Shown here one piece after another: positions 61,298-64,000 of a stretch of 64,000 nucleotides of DNA. Within the stretch, counting starts at the first letter, position 1. The number at the start of each line of letters is the position of its first letter. The notes under the pieces are model-generated. The model had not been told where the DNA came from. It did not search any database and worked only from the letters and a program-made list of their open reading frames with translations. The DNA comes from Chrysomallon squamiferum (lineage: Eukaryota; Animalia; Mollusca). The stretch is from assembly GCA_012295275.1 (NCBI GenBank), contig CM022672.1, forward strand, positions 10,292,001 through 10,356,000, given 5' to 3'. The position numbers and the translations under genes were made by a program.

Positions 61298-62256
61298 ACT
61301 CAAACACCCACACATTTTTCTTCGCTTTTCATCACTGTAACTGTCTGTCTAATGTACGTACGTATCTGTATCCTTTTTTTTTTTTTTTTTTTTTTAATTC
61401 ATTTTCTCGACGTTAACGCGATACTCATATGAAATGACTAGGTAAGTATCGTTTCGCTATAGTCACAATCGTCATTCGCTACTGGCTGTGTCTTATGCAA
61501 CAGGTATGTTTTGTGTTTCAACACACACCTTTGACGCGTTTGTCGTGTTTGTCGCGCATGTATCAATGTGTCGGATATCTAGTATCGGACAAAACAGACA
61601 GCTTATTAAATATTATCTCCAGACCGTGAAATCAAAACGCAGATTAAAAATAGGTGTCGAGTTTCTTCTCTACAATAAGCCCTTTCTGCCCTTATAAAAA
61701 AAAAAATCTTTATTGGCCTGTCGATAGGCGTGTAAAAGTTTTGAATTCCCATATTCATCAATGTTTGGTCAGCTATTTTGTACTGGGAAGAGGGGAAAAT
61801 TGGCTGCACGAGAGAAGAGAAATGATTTTTTTGTTGTTAAAATAGGAGTATAAAAGAACATTTTTTTTATATATATACAGTATATAGGTAAATATAAACA
61901 GATTAATTTACGTGTGACAAATTACTTGAAAACACCTCTAAACTTAAAGCTGGTAGTTTACAGTGTAATTTAAAATGTGAGTATATGCGTGTCTGTAAAC
62001 ATGCGGGTTTTTTTTATAAATGAATGTATGTGTGTGTGTGTGTGTGTATGTATTGATATATGTATGTATATGTGCGTGCGTGTGTGTGTATGTGCGTATA
62101 TATGACCTTATGTGTGTGTAATATGTGTACATAATCTTTAATCAATAATATTGTACTGAGATATTTATTATATTTGTTTTTACAATTTTATTGGTCTTGT
62201 TGTTGTTGTTGATATTATTATTATTACCATCATCATCATCATTATCATTATCATCA

Positions 62257-62287
<31 letters not shown>

Positions 62288-63056
62288 CATCATCATTATC
62301 ATCATCATTATTATTATCATCATCATCTTCATTATTATTATTATTATTATTATTAAAATTGTTTTTTACTAGGGTATTTTTTCTCTCACTCTCATGAAAC
62401 AATCGCTTTTATTAAATTAAGAGCAAATTTTAACTACTGAATTTAAAAAAATAAATAAAAATAACATAAATATTTATATTAAAATGCGACGACAATTCCA
62501 TTTCCTTCATTACAAAATGTCTCCTTTCTGTTTCTGCTGGCAGACTCGTCAGTTCTCGATTCAGCCCGCCAAATATGTTTTTTTTTTTTTTTTTTAATTT
62601 TGCCACGAAAGATAACTCTTCGTTTACGTTAAATTTCTTGTCTCCCTTCTTGTCCGGCATTCTGGTCACGCGAGTTTTGTCGAGTCTTGTACCCAGATTA
62701 AATCAGCTTAACTTTACAAGAATTGTGTAATCTGTTGACACTATTTCATGTTTTCTTTCTGAAACTCAAGCCTCTATGTGAACATTTTAATGAATATTTA
62801 AGGAAAAAAGCCGTAATTGTAGATATAATAACTGTCACGCATAAACAGCACTCAATGGCTGCGGTTTTTTTTTTTTTTAAAAGTGTCACAGCGTAAATCC
62901 ATCATACTTGACGTCTTCGTTTAATTAAAACTTATACCTCAATGGTGCACGGTGACAGAATATTTCAAAAAAAGAAAATCCTTTAAGCTTTTGTTAGGTG
63001 TTAATAACATTTTTCTTTATACCTGATGTTTGGGGAGTTTTTTGAGAATAAAGATG

Positions 63057-63097
<41 letters not shown>

Positions 63098-63653
63098 TGC
63101 AAAATCGTATCATTTTGAATTATCGTTATCGTTTAATTTTGATTGGGTGATCTTTCATTATTTTTTAATTTAATTTTTTTTTTCATTTTAATTTAATTAA
63201 ATAAAAGTGGTAGTAATAATAAAAATAATAACAACAACAACAATAACAACAACAACAACAACAACAATAATAATAATAATAATAATAATAAAATAAAACC
63301 CGTTTAATTAATATTATTATAATTCGTTGCTTTCTTTATTTTTATTTTTATATATATTACTTTTATTATTATTTTTTTTTGGTTATTTATCTTTTTTTAT
63401 ATTTTTTACAGTGATAAACATGGTCATAATCAACATAATCATCAGTATTATTATTTTTTGTTTAATATTATTATTATCGTTGTTGTTGTCGTTATCATAT
63501 TTGTCAGTTTTGTTATATTTAGTATTAATATTATCATTTTCATCATCATCATCATACTGCTATTGTTGTTATCATCATCACCATTATTAATACTGATATT
63601 ATATTTAATATTATAATTACTACTACAACTACTACTATTACTACTACTACTAC

Positions 63654-63705
<52 letters not shown>

Positions 63706-64000
63706 GTTTTTGTCTGCATGATTGCTATTTTCTTTCTTTTCTTTTCTAAAAAAGAAAGAAAGATCGTATTAAATTTCTGACTGAATGTAACGTATCTATT
63801 GATTTACATTCGAGAACTGGGGTTGCCATTACGACCACGTCTCTATTGTTGCAACAACAGCAGCTGCCACGAAGTTTTTTGTGTGTTTTCTGCTGACTTC
63901 ATGTTGTTTTATTATTATTACTGATGAAGTAGATAGAATAGAAATTAAGATTTGAAAAATATAAAAGCTACCGTAATAAAAACATTTATAAATATAAAAA

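Overview
AT-rich, microsatellite-saturated eukaryotic (animal) genomic DNA. It is probably from a mollusc or another lophotrochozoan; this is an inference from composition and repeat style. Almost all ORFs in the track are translations of simple repeats. I can support one protein-coding gene, on the minus strand. It has an 88-nt first coding exon (13428-13341, absent from the ORF track) encoding a signal peptide, spliced in frame across a ~12.7-kb intron to a 246-nt phase 1-1 exon (598-353) encoding a PAN/apple domain; the gene continues off the left edge. The remaining ~50 kb has no convincing coding exon. It alternates between microsatellite/poly-A/T spacers and short complex, CpG-containing islands that look regulatory. 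It includes a perfect CTCF-consensus site at ~53.06 kb facing a near-consensus site at ~18.0 kb, tRNA-derived SINE relics (one apparently ending in (TACA)n tails), a strictly alternating 46+46-bp higher-order minisatellite, and a splice acceptor followed by four stacked donors at ~56.1 kb. There are no prokaryotic features, CRISPR arrays, intact tRNA/rRNA genes or recognisable transposase/RT ORFs. I did not find a clearly novel biological system; the findings are candidates to test.
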